64,000 bases of DNA, taken from assembly GCF_006345805.1 (NCBI RefSeq), contig NC_043012.1, positions 20,522,001 through 20,586,000 of the forward strand, given 5' to 3'. Source of the stretch: Octopus sinensis. Taxonomy: Eukaryota. The notes beneath the pieces were generated by a model. The model was not told the origin of the DNA and made no database searches. It saw only the letters and a list, made by a program, of their open reading frames with translations. A program made the position numbers and the translations under genes. Of the stretch, positions 11,401 to 26,157 are shown in pieces (position 1 is the first letter of the stretch; each line of letters begins with the position of its first letter).

Positions 11401-14400
11401 TTTTAGTTTTTTTTATCTATTTTTAGTTTATTTGTTCTATTTTTAGTTTATTTGTTCTAATTTTAAGTTTATTTGTTCTATTTTTAGTTGCTGTTCTATT
11501 TTTAGTTTTTTTGTTCTATTTTTAGTTGCTGTTCTATTTTTAGTTTATTTGTTCTATTTTTAGTTGCTATTCTATTTTTAGTTTATTTGTACTATTTTTA
11601 GTTTATTTGTCTATTTTGAGTTTATTTGTTCTATTTTTAGTTTCTTTGTTCTATTTATAGTTTATTTGTACTATTTTTAGTTGCTGTTCTATTTTTAGTT
11701 TAATTGTTCTTTTTTTAGTTGCTGTTCTATTTTAAGTTTATTTGTTCTATTTTTAGTTTATTTGTTCTATTTTTAGTTGCTGTTCTATTTTTAGTTTATT
11801 TGTTCTATTTTTAGTTGCTGTTCTATTTTTACTTTATTTGTTCTATTTTTAGTTGCTGTCCTATTTTTAGTTTATTTGTTCTATTTTTAGTTTAATTCTT
11901 CTATTTTTAGTTTATTTCTCCTATTTTTAGTTGCTGGTCTATTTTTCGTTTATTTATTCTATTTTTAGTTGCTGTTCTATTTTTAGTTTATTTGTTCTAT
12001 TTTTAGTTTATTTGTCCTATTTTTAGTTTATTTGTTCTATTTTTAGTTTATTTGTTCTATTTTAAGTTTATTTGTTCTATTTTTAGTTGCTGTTCTAATT
12101 TTAAGTTTATTTCTTCTATTTTTAGTGGCTGTTCTATTTATAGTTTATTTGTTCTATTTTTAGTTGCTGTTCTATTTTTAGTTTATTTGTTCTCTTTTTA
12201 GTTGATGTTCTTTTATAGTTGCTGAGTTATTTTTAGTTGCTGTTCTATTTTGGTTTATTTGTCCAATTTTTATTTGCTGTTCTATTTTTAGTTTATTTCT
12301 TCTATTTTTAGTTGCTGTTCTATTTTTAGTTGCTGTTCTATTTTTAGTTGCTGTTCTATGTTTAGTTGTTGTTCTATTTTAAGTTTCTTTGTTCTATTTT
12401 TAGTTGCTGTTCTATTTTTAGTTTATTTGTTCAATTTTTAGTTGCTGCTCTATTTTTAGTTTAATTGTCCTATTTTTAGTTGGTATTCTATTTTTAATTT
12501 CTTGTTCTATTTTAGTTGCTGTTCTATTTTTAGTTGCTGCTCTATTTTTAGTTTATTTGTCCTATATGTAGTTGCTGTTCTATTTTTAATTTATTTGTTC
12601 TATTTTTAGTTTATTTGTTCTATTTTTAGTTTATTTGTCCTATTTTAGTTGCTGTTCTATTTATAGTTTATTTGTTCTATTTTTTAGTTATTTGTTCTAA
12701 TTTTAGTTTATTTGTCCAATTTTTAGTAGCTGTTCTATTTTTAGTTTATTTGTTCTATTTTTACTTTATTTGTTCTATTTATAGTTTATTTGTTCTATTT
12801 TTAGTTGCTGTCCTATTTTTAGTTGCTGTCCTATTTTTAGTTTATTTGTTCTATTTTTAGTTTATTTGTCCTATTTTTAGTTGCTGTTCTATTATTAGTA
12901 TATTTGTTCTATTTTTACTTTATTTTTTCTAATTTTAGTTTATTTGTCCTATTTTTAGTTGCTGTTCTATTTTTAGTTTATATGTTCTATTTTAAGTTTA
13001 TTTGTTCTATTTTTAGTTGCTGTCCTATTTTTAGTTTATTTGTTCTATTTTTAGTTGCTGTTCTATTTTTAGTTGCTGTTCTCTTCTTAGTTTATTTGTT
13101 CTGTTTTTAGTTTATTTGTTCTATTTTTAGTTGCTGTTCTACTTTTAATTTATTTGTTCTATTTTTAATTGCTGTGCTATTTTTAGTTTATTTGTTCTAT
13201 TTTTAGTTGCTGTTCTAATTTTAGTTAATTTGTTCTATTTTTAGTTTATTTGTTCTATTTTAAGTTTATTTGTTCTATTTTTAGTTGCTGTTCTATTTTT
13301 AGTTTATTTGTTCCATATTTAGTTGCTGTTCTATATTTAGTTTATTTGTTCTATTTTTAGTTTATTTGTTCTATTTTTAGTTGCTGTTCTATTTTTAGTT
13401 TATTTGTTCTATTTTTAGTTGCTGTTCTATTTTTACTTTATTTGTTCTATTTTTAGTTGCTGTCCTATTTTTAGTTTATTTGTTGTATTTTTAGTTTATT
13501 TGTTCTATTTTTAGTTTATTTCTCCTATTTTTAGTTGCTGGTCTATTTTTAGTTTATTTATTCTAATTTTAGTTGCTGTTCTATTTTTAGTTTATTTGTT
13601 CTATTTTTAGTTTATTTGTCCTATTTTTAGTTTATTTGTTCTATTTTTAGTTTATTTGTTCTATTTTAATTTTATTTCTTCTATTTTTAGTTGCTGTTCT
13701 AATTTTAAGTTTATTTGTTCTATTTTTAGTGGCTGTTCTATTTATAGTTTATTTGTTCTATTTTTAGTTGCTGTTCTATTTTTAGTTTATTTGTTCTCTT
13801 TTTAGTTGCTGTTCTTTTATTAGTTGCTGAGTTATTTTTAGTTGCTGTTCTATTTTTAGTTTATTTGTTCTATTTATAGTTGCTGTTCTATTTTTAGTTG
13901 CTGTTCTATTTTTAGTTTATTTCTTCTATTTTTAGTTGCTGTTCTATTTTTAGTTGCTGTTCTATTTTTAGTTGCTGTTCTATGTTTAGTTGTCGTTCTA
14001 TTTTAAGTTTCTTTGTTCTATTTTTAGTTGCTGTTCTATTTTAAGTTTATTTGTTCAATTTTTAGTTGCTGCTCTATTTTTAGTTTAATTGTCCTATTTT
14101 TAGTTGCTGTTCTATTATTAGTTTATTTGTTCTATTTTTAGTTTATTTGTCCTATTTTTAGTTTATTTGTTCTGTTTTTAGTTTATTTGTTTATTTGTTC
14201 TATTTTTACTTTATTTGTTCTAATTTTAGTTTATTTGTCCTATTTTTAGTTGCTGTTCTATTTTTAGTTTATATGTTCTATTTTTAGTTTATTTGTTCTA
14301 TTTTTAGTTGCTGTCCTATTTTTAGTTTATTTGTTCTATTTTTAGTTTATATGACCTATTTTAGTTTATTTGTTCTATTTTTAGTTTATTTGTTCTATTT

Positions 14401-17400
14401 TTAGTTGCTGTTCTATTTTTAGTTGCTGTTCTATTCTTAGTTTATTTGTTCTGTTTTTAGTTTATTTGTTCTATTTTTAGTTGCTGTTCTACTTTTAGTT
14501 TATTTGTTCTATTTTTAGTTGCTTTGCTATTTTTAGTTTATTTGTTCTATTTTTAGTTGCTGATCTATTTTTAGTTAATTTGTTCTATTTTTAGTTTATT
14601 TGTTCTATTTTTAGTTTATTTGTTCTATTTTTAGTTTATTTGTTCAATTTTTAGTTGCTGTTCTACTTTTAGTTTATTTGTTCTATTTTTAGTTGCTTTG
14701 CTATTTTTAGTTTATTTGTTCTATTTTTAGTTGCTGTTCTATTTTTAGTTAATTTGTTCTATTTTTAGTTTATTTGTTCTATTTTTAGTTTATTTGTCCT
14801 ATTTTTAGTTGCTGGTCTATATATAGTTTATTTGGTCTATTTTTAGTTGCTGTTCTACTTTTAGTTTATTTTTTCTATCTTTAGTTTATATGTCCTATTG
14901 TTAGTTGCTGTCCTATTTTAGTTTAATTGTTCTATTTTTAGTTTATTTCTCCTATTTTAGTTTCTGTTCTATTTTTAGTTTATTTGTCCTATTTTTAGTT
15001 TATTTCTTCTATTTTTAGTTTATTTGTTCTATTTTTAGTTTATTTGTCCGATTTTTAGTTTATTTCTTCTAATTTTAGTTGCTGCTATTTTTTTAGTTTA
15101 ATTGTCCTATTTTTAGTTGCTGTTCTATTTTTAGTTTCTTGTTCTATTTTTAGTTTATTTGTCCTATTTATAGTTGCTCTTCTATTTTTAATTAATTTGT
15201 TCTATTTTTAGTTTATTTGTTCTATTTTTAGTTTATTTGTCCTATTTTTAGTTGCTGTTCTATATATAGTTTATTTGTTCTATTTTTAGTTTATTTGTGC
15301 TATTTTTAGTTGCTGTTCTATTATTAGTTTATTTGTTCTATTTTTAGTTAATTTGTTCTAATTTTAGTTTATTTGTCCTATTTTCTAGTTGCTGTTCTAT
15401 TTTTAGTTTATTTGTTCTATTTTTACTTTATTTGTTCTATTTTTAGTTTATTTGTCCTATTTTTAGTTGCTATTCTATATTTAGATTTTTTGTTCTATTT
15501 TTAGTTGCTGTTCTATTTTTAGTTTTTTTGTCCTATTTTTAGTTTATTTGTTCTATTTTTAGTTTATTTGTTCTATTTTTAGTTTATTTATCCTATTTTT
15601 AGTTGATGTTCTATTTTTAGTTTATTTGTTCTATTTTTAGTTTATATGTTCTATTTTTATTTTATTTGTCCTACTTTTAGTTTATTTGTCCTATTTTAAA
15701 TTTATTTGTTCTATTTTTAGTTTATTTGTTCTATTTTTAGTTTATTTGTCCTATTGTTAGTTGCTGTGCTATTTTTAGTTTATTTCTTCTATTTTTAGTT
15801 TCTTTGTCCTATTTTAGTTGCTGTTCTATTTTTAGTTTATTTGTCCTATTTTTAGTTTATTTCTCCTATTTTTAGTTTATTTCTCCTATTTTTAGTAGCT
15901 GTTCTATTTTTAGTTTATTTGTTCTATTTTTACTTTATTTGTTCTATTTATAGTTTATTTGTCCAATTTTTGTTACTGTCCTATTTATAGTTTATTTGTT
16001 CTATTTTTAGTTTATTTGTCCTATTTTTAGTTGCTGTTCTATTATTAGTATATTTGTTCTATTTTTACTTTATTTGTTCTAATTTTAGTTTATTTGTCCT
16101 ATTTTTAGTTGCTGTTCTATTTTTAGTTTATATGTTCTATTTTTAGTTTATTTGTTCTATTTTTAGTTGCTATCCTATTTTTAGTTTATTTGTTCTATTT
16201 TTAGTTTATATGTCCTATTTTTAGTTTATTTGTTCTATTTTTAGTTTATATGTTCTATTTTTAGTTGCTGTTCTACTTTTAGTTGCTGTTCTATTCTTAG
16301 TTTATCAGTTCTGTTTTTAGTTTATTTGTTCTATTTTTAGTTGCTGTTCTATTTTTAGTTTCTTTGTTCTATTTTTAGTTTATTTGTTCAATTATTAGTT
16401 GCTGTTCTACTTTTAGTTTATTTGTTCTATTTTTAGTTGCTGTGCTATTTTTAGTTTCTTTGTTCTATTTTTAGTTGCTGTTCTATTTTTAGTTAATTTG
16501 TTCTATTTTTAGTTTATTTGTTCTATTTTTAGTTTATTTGTCCTATTTTCAGTTGCTGGTCTATATTTAGTTTATTTGGTCTATTTTTAGTTGCTGTTCT
16601 ACTTTTAGTTTATTTTTTCTATTTTTAGTTTATTTGTCCTATTGTTAGTTGCTGTCCTATTTTAGTTTATTTGTTCTATTTTTAGTTTATTTTCCTATTT
16701 TAGTTGCTGTTCTATTTTTAGTTAATTTGTCCTATTTTTAGTTTATTTCTTCTATTTTTAGTTTATTTGTTCTATTTTTAGTTTATTTGTCCTATTTTTA
16801 GTGTATTTCTTCTAATTTTAGTTGCTGCTATTTTTTTAGTTTAATTGTCCTATTTTTAGTTGCTGTTCTATTTTTAGTAGTCTTGTTCTATTTTTAGTTT
16901 ATTTGTCCTATTTATAGTTGCTGTTCTATTTTTAATTAATTTGTTCTATTTTTAGTTTGTTTGTTCTATTTTTAGTTTATTTGTCCTATTTTTAGTTGCT
17001 GTTCTATATATAGTTTATTTGTTCTATTTTTAGTTTATTTGTCCTATTTGTAGTTGCTGTTCTATTATTAGTTTATTTGTTCTATTTTTAGTTTATTTGT
17101 TCTAATTTTAGTTTATTTGTCCTATTTTTAGTTGCTGTTCTATTTTTAGTTTATTTGTTCTATTTTTACTTTATTTGTTCTATTTTTAGTTTATTTGTCC
17201 TATTTTTAGTTGCTGTTCTATATTTAGATTTTTTGTTCTATTTTTAGTTGCTGTTCTATTTTTAGTTTTTTTTTCTATTTTTAGTTTATTTGTTCTATTT
17301 TTAGTTTATTTGTTCTATTTTTAGTTTATTTGTTCTATTTTTAGCTTATTTATCCTATTTTTAGTTGATGTTCTATATATAGTTTATTTGTTCTATTTTT

Positions 17401-20400
17401 AGTTTATTTGTCCTATTTTTAGTTGCTGTTCTATTATTAGTTTATTTGTTCTATTTTTAGTTTATTTCTCCTATTTTTAGTTATTTCTCCTATTTTTAGT
17501 AGCTGTTCTATTTTTAGTTATTTGTTCTATTTTTACTTTATTTGTTCTATTTATAGTTTATTTGTCCAATTTTTGTTATGTCCTATTTATAGTTTATTTG
17601 TTCTATTTTTAGTTTATTTGTCCTATTTTAGTTGCTGTTCTATTATTAGTATATTTGTCTATTTTACTTTATTTTTCTAATTTTAGTTTATTTCTCCTAT
17701 TTTAGTTGCTGTTCTATTTTTAGTTTATATGTTCTATTTTTAGTTTATTTGTTCTATTTTTAGTTGCTATCCTATTTTAGTTTATTTGTCTATTTTTAGT
17801 TTATATGTTATTTTTAGTTTATTTGTTCTATTTTTAGTTTATATGTTCTATTTTTAGTTGCTGTTCTACTTTTAGTTGCGTTCTATTTCTAGTTTATCAG
17901 TTCTGTTTTTAGTTATTTGTTCTTTTTTAGTTGCTGTTCTATTTTTAGTTTCTTTGTTCTATTTTTAGTTTATTTGTTCAATTATTAGTTGCTGTTCTAC
18001 TTTTAGTTTATTTGTTCTATTTTTAGTTGCTGTGCTATTTTAGTTTATTTGTTCTATTTTTAGTTGCTGTTTATTTTTAGTTAATTTGTTCTATTTTTAG
18101 TTTATTTGTTCTATTTTTAGTTATTTGTCCTATTTCAGTGCTGGTCTATATTTAGTTTATTTGGTCTATTTTTAGTTGCTGTTCTACTTTTAGTTTATTT
18201 TTTCTATTTTTAGTTATTTGTCCTATTGTTAGTTGCTGTCCTATTTTAGTTTATTTGTTCTATTTTTAGTTTATTTTCCTATTTTAGTTGCTGTTCTATT
18301 TTTAGTTAATTTGTCCTATTTTTAGTTTATTTCTTCTATTTTTAGGTTATTTGTTCTATTTTTAGTTTATTTGTCCTATTTTTAGTGTATTTCTTCTAAT
18401 TTTAGTTGCTGCTATTTTTTTAGTTTAATTGTCTATTTTTAGTTGCTGTTCTATTTTTAGTAGTCTTGTTCTATTTTAGTTTATTTGTCCTATTTATAGT
18501 TGCTGTTCTATTTTTAATTAATTTGTTCTATTTTTAGTTTATTTGTCTATTTTTAGTTTATTTGTCCTATTTTTAGTTGCTGTTCTATTATTGTTTATTT
18601 GTTCTATTTTCAGTTTATTGTTCTAATTTTAGTTTATTTGTCCTATTTTTAGTTGCTGTTCTATTTTAGTTTATTTGTTCTATTTTTACTTTATTTGTTC
18701 TATTTTTAGTTTATTTGTCCTATTTTTAGTTGCTGTTCTATATTTAGATTTTTTGTTCTATTTTTAGTTGCTGTTCTATTTTTAGTTTTTTTTTCTATTT
18801 TTAGTTTATTTGTTCTATTTTAGTTTATTTGTTCTATTTTTAGTTTATTTGTTCTATTTTTAGCTTATTTATCCTATTTTTAGTTGATGTTCTATTTTTA
18901 GTTTATTTGTTCTATTTTTAGTTTATATGTTCTATTTTTATTTTATTTGTCCTATTTTTAGTTGCTGGTCTATCTTTAGTTTATTTGTTCTATTTTTAAT
19001 TGCTGTTCTATTTTTAGTTTATTTGTTCTATTTTTAGTTTATTTGTCCTACTTTTAGTTTTTTTGTCCTATTTTAAATTTATTTGTTCTATTTTTAGTTT
19101 ATTTGTCCTATTGTTAGTTGCTGTGCTATTTTAGTTTATTTCTTCTATTTTTAGTTTATTTGTCCTATTTTAGTTGCTGTCCTATTTTTAGTTTATTTGT
19201 CCTATTTTTAGTTTATTTGTCCTATTTTTAGTTTATTTCTATTATTTTTAGTTTATTTCTCCTATTTTTAGTTTATTTGTTCTATTTTTAGTTTATTTGT
19301 CATATTTTTAGCTTATGTTCAATTTTTAGTTTATTTCTTCTAATTTTAGTTTATTTGTTCTATTTCTAGTTTATTTGTTCTGTTTTCTGTTGCTGTTCTA
19401 TTTTTAGTTTATTTGTTCTATTTTTAGTTGCTGTTCTATTTTTAGTTTATTTGTTCTATTTTTAGTTTATTTGTCCTATTTTTAGTTTATTTTTTCTATT
19501 TTTAGTTTACTTGTTCTATTTTTAGTTTATTTCTCCTATTTTCAGTTTATTTGTCCTATTTTTAGTTTATTTTTTCTATTTTTAGTTTATTTGTCCTATT
19601 TTTAGTTTATTTTTTCTATTTTTAGTTTATTTGTTCTATTTTTAGTTTATTTCTCCTATTTTTAGTTTATGTTCAATTTTTAGTTTATTTGTTCTATTTT
19701 TAGTTTATTTGTCTATTTTTAGTTTATTTTTCTATTTTTAGTTTATTTGTTCTATTTTTAGTTTATTTGTTCTATTTTTAGTTTATTTGTCCTATTGTTA
19801 GTTGCTGTGCTATTTTAGTTTATTTCTTCTATTTTTAGTTTATTTGTCCTATTTTAGTTGCTGTTCTATTTTTAGTTTATTTGTCCTATTTTTAGTTTAT
19901 TTCTACTATTTTTAGTTTATTTCTCCTATTTTTAGTTTATTTGTTCTATTTTTAGTTTATTTGTCATATTTTTAGTTTATGTTCAATTTTTAGTTTATTT
20001 CTTCTATTTTTAGTTTATTTGTTCTATTTCTAGTTTATTTGTTCTGTTTTCTGTTGCTGTTCTATTTTTAGTTTATTTGTTCTATTTTTAGTTGCTGTTC
20101 TATTTTTAGTTTATTTGTTCTATTTTTAGTTTATTTGTCCTATTTTTAGTTTATTTTTTCTATTTTTAGTTTACTTGTTCTATTTTTAGTTTATTTCTCC
20201 TATTTTTAGTTTATTTGTCCTATTTTTAGTTTATTTTTTCTATTTTTAGTTTACTTGTTCTATTTTTAGTTTATTTCTCCTATTTTTAGTTGCTGTTCTA
20301 TTTTTAGTTTATTTGTTCTATTTTTAGTTTATTTGTCCTACTTTTAGTTTATTTGTCCTATTTTAAATTTATTTGTTCTATTTTTAGTTTATTTGTTCTA

Positions 20401-20750
20401 TTTTTAGTTTATTTGTCCTATTGTTAGTTGCTGTGCTATTTTAGTTTATTTCTTCTATTTTTAGTTTATTTGTCCTATTTTTAGTTTATTTTTTCTATTT
20501 TTAGTTTACTTGTTCTATTTTTAGTTTATTTCTCCTATTTTTAGTTGCTGTTCTATTTTTAGATTTTTTGTCCTATTTTTAGTTTACATGTTCTATTTTA
20601 AGTTAATTTGTCCTATTTTTAGTTGAAATACTATTTTTAGATTATTTGTTCTATTTTTAGTTTATTTGTCCTATTTTTAGTTGCGGTTCTATTTTTAGTT
20701 TATTTAATCTATTTTTAGTTTATTTGTTCCTAGTTTTAGTTTATTTGTTC
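8441..20750 (+). repeat. Satellite domain with only A/B units; ~1.5-1.75 kb higher-order repeats
   Basis: No C/D units before ~20750. Diagnostic variants recur: GCTGAG at 12221/13826; AGATTTTTTG at 15483/17226/18746. Confidence 0.9.
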
Positions 20751-23700
20751 TATTTATAGATTCTATTTTTAGATTCTATATTTAGATTCTCTTTATAGAT
20801 TCTATTTATAGATTCTATTTATAGATTCTATTTATAGATACTATTTATAGATTCTATTTGTAGATTCTATTTATAGATTCTATTTATAGATTCTATTTTT
20901 AGATTCTATTTATAGATACAATTTATTTATTTATTTATTTATTTATAGCTTCTATTTATAGCTTCTATTTATAGCTTCTATATATGGCTTCTATTTGTAG
21001 ATCCTATTTATAGCTTCTATTTAATAGCTACTAATTATAGATTCAATTTATAGATTCTATTTATAGATTCTATTTTTTATTTATTTATTTATTTATTTAT
21101 AGTTTCTCTTTATAGATTCTATTTATAGATTCTATTTATAGATTCTATTTATAGATTCTATTTATTTAATTATTTATTTATTTATTTATTTATAGATTCT
21201 ATTTATAGATTCTATTTATAGATTCTATTTATAGATATTATTTATAGATTCTATTTATAGATTCTATTTATAGATTCTATTTATAGATTCTATATATAGA
21301 TTCTATTTATAGATTCTATATATAGATTCTATTTATAGATACTATTTATTTATTTATTTATTTATAGCTTCTATTTATAGCTTCTCTTTATAGCTTCGAT
21401 TTATATTTTCTATTTATAGCTTCTATTTGTAGCTTCTATTTATAGCCTCTATTTTATTGCTACTAATTATAGATTCTATTTATAGATTCTATTTATAGAT
21501 TCTATTTGTAGATTCTATTCATAGATTCTATTTATTTATTTATTTATTTATTTATTTATTATAGATTCTATTTATAGATTCTATTTATAGATTCTATTTA
21601 TAGATACTATTCATAGATTATATTTATAGATTCTATTTATAGATTTTATTTATAGATTCTATTTATAGATACTACTTATTTATTTATTTATTTATTTATT
21701 TATAGCTTCTATTTATAGCTTCTATTTATAGCTTCTATTTATAGCTTCTATTTAATAGCTACTAATTATAGATTCTATTTATAGATTCTATTTATATATT
21801 CTATGTATAGATTCTATTTATAGATTCTATTTATAGATACTATTTATTTATTTATTTATTTATTTATTTATATTTATTTATAGCTTCTATTTATAGCTTC
21901 TATTTATAGCTTCTATTTATCGCTTCTATTTATAGCTTCTATATATAGCTTGTATTTGTAGCTTCTATTTATAGCTTCTATTTGATAGCTCCTAATTATT
22001 GATTCTATTTATTTATATAGAATATAACTATTTTTAGTTGCTGTTCTATTTTTAGTTTATTTGTCCTATTTTTAGTTGCTGTTCTATTTTTAGTTTATTT
22101 GTTCTATTTTTAGTTTATTTGGTCTATTTTTAGTTTATTTGTCCTATTTTAGTTGCTGTTCTATTTTTAGTTTATTTGTTCTATTTTTAGATTATCTGTT
22201 CTATTTTTAGTTTATTTGTCCTATTTTTTTTATTTGTTCTTTTTTTTGTTTATTTGTTCTATTTTTCGTTTATTTGATCTGTTTTTACTTGCTGTTCTAT
22301 TTTTAGTTTATTTGTTCTATTTTTAGTTGCTGTTCTATTTCTAGATTATTTGTTCTATTTTTAGTTTATTTGTCCTATTTTTGGTTGCTGTTCTCTTTTT
22401 AGTTTATTTGTTCTATTTTTAGTTTCTTTGTCCTATTTTTAGTTTATTTGTCCTATTTTTAATTGCTTTTCTATTTTTAGTTTATTTGTCCTATTTTTAG
22501 TTTATTTGTTGTATTTTTAGTTTACTTGTTCTATTTTTAGCTAATTTGTCCTGTTTTTAGTTGCTGTTCTATTTTTAGATTATTTTTCCTATTTTTAGTT
22601 TATATGTCCTATTTTTAGTTTATTTGTTCTATTTTTAGTTTATTTGTTCTTTTTATAGATTCTATTTATAGATTCTATTTATAGATTCTATTTTTAGATT
22701 CTATATATAGGTACTAGTTATTTATTATTTATTTATTTATAGATTCTATTTATAGATTCTATTTATAGATTCTATCATAGATACTATTTATAGATTGTAT
22801 TTATAGATACTATTTATAGATTCTATTTATAGATTCTATTTTTAGATTATATTTATAGATACTATTATTTATTTATTATTTTTTTTTTTATTTAATTATA
22901 GCTTCTATTTATAGCTTCTATTTTTAGCTTCTATTTATAGCTTCTATTTATAGCTTCTATTGTAGCTTCTATTATAGCTTCTATTTAATAGCTACTAATT
23001 ATAGATTCTATTTATAGATTCTATTTATATATTCTGTTTATCGATTCTATTTATAGATTCTATCTATTTATTTATTTATTTATTATTTATAGTTTCTATT
23101 TATAGATTCTCTTTATAGTTTCTATTTATAGATTCTAATTATAGATTCTATTTAAGGATTCTATGTATAGATACTATTTATAGATTCTATTATTTATATA
23201 GAATATAACTATTTTTAGATGCTGTTCTATTTTTAGTTTATTTGTCCTATTTTAGTTGCTGTTCTATTTTTAGTTTATTGGTCTATTTTTAGTTTATTTG
23301 TTCTATTTTTAGTTGCTGTTCTATTTTTAGTTTATTTGTTCTATTTTTAGATTATCTGATCTATTTTTAGTTTATTTGTCCTATTTTTTTTATTTGTTCT
23401 TTTTTTTATTTATTTGTTCTATTTTTCGTTTATTTGTTCTGTTTTTACTTGCTGTTCTATTTTTAGTTTATTTGTTCTATTTTTAGTTGCTGTTCTATTT
23501 CTAGATTATTTGTTCTATTTTTAGTTTATTTGTCCTATTTTGGTTGCTGTTCTATTTTTAGTTTTTTGTTCTATTTTTAGTTGCTGTTCTATTTTAGTTA
23601 TTTGTCCTATTTTTAGTTATTTGTCCTATTTTTAATTGCTTTTCTATTTTTAGTTTATTTGTTCTATTTTCAGTTTATTTGTTGTATTTTTAGTTTACTT

Positions 23701-24231
23701 GTTCTATTTTTAGCTAATTTGTCCTGTTTTTAGTTGCTGTTCTATTTTTAGATTATTTGTCCTATTTTTAGTTTATATGTCCTATTTTTAGTTTATTTGT
23801 TCTATTTTTAGTTTATTTGTTCTTTTTATAGATTCTATTTATAGATTCTATTTATAGATTCTATTTTTAGATTCTATATATAGGTACTAGTTATTTATTT
23901 ATTTATTTATTTATAGATTCTATTTATAGATTCTATTTATAGATTCTATTCATAGATACTATTTATAGATTGTATTTATAGATACTATTTATAGATTCTA
24001 TTTATAGATTCTATTTTTAGATTATATTTATAGATACTATTTATTTATTTATTTATTTAATTATAGCTTCTATTTATAGCTTCTATTTTTAGCTTCTATT
24101 TATAGCTTCTATTTATAGCTTCTATTTGTAGCTTCTATTTATAGCTTCTATTTAATAGCTACTAATTATAGATTCTATTTATAGATATCTATTTATATAT
24201 TCTGTTTATCGATTCTATTTATAGATTCTAT

Positions 24232-24266
<35 letters not shown>

Positions 24267-25925
24267 TAGTTTCTATTTATAGATTCTCTTTATAGTTTCT
24301 ATTTATAGATTCTAATTATAGATTCTATTTATGGATTCTATGTATAGATACTATTTATAGATTCTATTTATTTATATAGAATATAACTATTTTTAGATGC
24401 TGTTCTATTTTTAGTTTATTTGTCCTATTTTAAGTTGCTGTTCTATTTTTAGTTTATTTATTCTATTTTTAGTTTATTTGTTCTTTTTATTTATTGTCCT
24501 ATTTTAGTTGCTGTTCTATTTTAGTTTATTTGTCTATTTTTAGTTTATCTGTTCTATTTTTAGTTTATTTGTTCGTTTTTAGTTGCTGTGTTCTATTTTT
24601 AGTATTTGTTCTATTTTTAGTTTATTTGTCCTATTTTTAGTTTATTTGTTTTATTTTTAGTTTACTTGTTCTGTTTTTCGTTTATTGTCTATTTTTAGTT
24701 GCTTTTCTATTTTTAGTTTATTGTCCTATTTTTAGTTATTTGTTCTATTATACTTTACTTGTTCTATTTTTAGTTATTTGTCCTATTAGTGCTGTTCTAT
24801 TTTTAGATTATTTGTTCTATTTTTAAAGGACAAATAAACTAAAAATAGAACAAGTAAACTAAAAATACAGCAAATAAACTAAAAATAGGACAAATAAACT
24901 AAAAATAGAACAAATAAACTAAAAATAGAACAAATAAACTAAGAATAGAACAAATAAACTAAAAATAGAATCTATTTTTAGTTTATTTGTTCTAATTTTA
25001 GTTTATTTGTTCTGTTTTTAGTTGCTTCTATTTTTAGTTTATTTGTTCTATTTTTAGATTCTTTGTCCTATTTTTAGTTGCTGTTCAATTTTTTGTTTAT
25101 TTGTTCTATTTTTAGTTTATTTCTCCTATTTTTAGTTTATTTGTTCTATTTTTAGTTTACTTGTTCTGTTTTTCGTTTAGTTGTCTTATTTTTAGTTGCT
25201 GTTCTATTTTTAGTTTATTTGTCCTATTTTTAGTTTATTTGTTCATTTATACTTTACTTGTTCTATTTTAGTTTATTTGTCCTATTGTTAGTTACTGTTC
25301 TATTTTTAGATTATTTGTTCTATTTTTAGTTTATTTATTCTATTTTTAGTTAATTTCTCCTATTTTTAGTTTATTTGTTCTATTTTTAGTTTATTTGTTC
25401 TATCTTTAGTTTATTTGTCCGATTTTTAGTTGCTGTTCTATTTCTAGTTTATTTGTTCTATTTTTAGTTGCTCTTCTATTTTTAGTTTATTTGTTCTATT
25501 CTTAGTTTATTTGTTCTATTTTTAGTTTATTTGTTCTTTTTTTAGTTTATTTGTTCTATTTTCAGTTTATTTGTTGTATTTTTAGTTTACTTGTTCTATT
25601 TTTAGTTTATTTGTCCTGTTTTTAGTTGCTGTTCTACTTTTAGATTATTTGTCCTATTTTTAGTTTATATGTCCTATTTTTAGTTTATTTGTTCTATTTT
25701 TAGTTTTTTGTCCTTTTTATAGATTCTTTATAGATTCTATTATAGATTCTATTTTTAGATTCTATATATAGGTACTAGTTATTTATTTATATATTTATTT
25801 ATAGATTCTATTTATAGATTCTATTTATAGATTCTATTTATAGAAACTATTTATAAATTGTATTTATAGATCCTATTTATAGATTCTATTAATAGATACT
25901 ATTTTTTGATTCTATTTATAGATAG

Positions 25926-25956
<31 letters not shown>

Positions 25957-26126
25957 TTATAGCTTTTATTTATAGCTTCTATTTTTAGCTTCTATTTATA
26001 GCTTTTATTTATAGCTTGTATTTGTAGCTTCTATTTATAGCTTCTATTTAATAGCTACTAATTATAGATTCTATTTATAGATTCTATTTATCGATTCTAT
26101 TTATAGATTCTATTTATAGATTCTAT

Positions 26127-26157
<31 letters not shown>

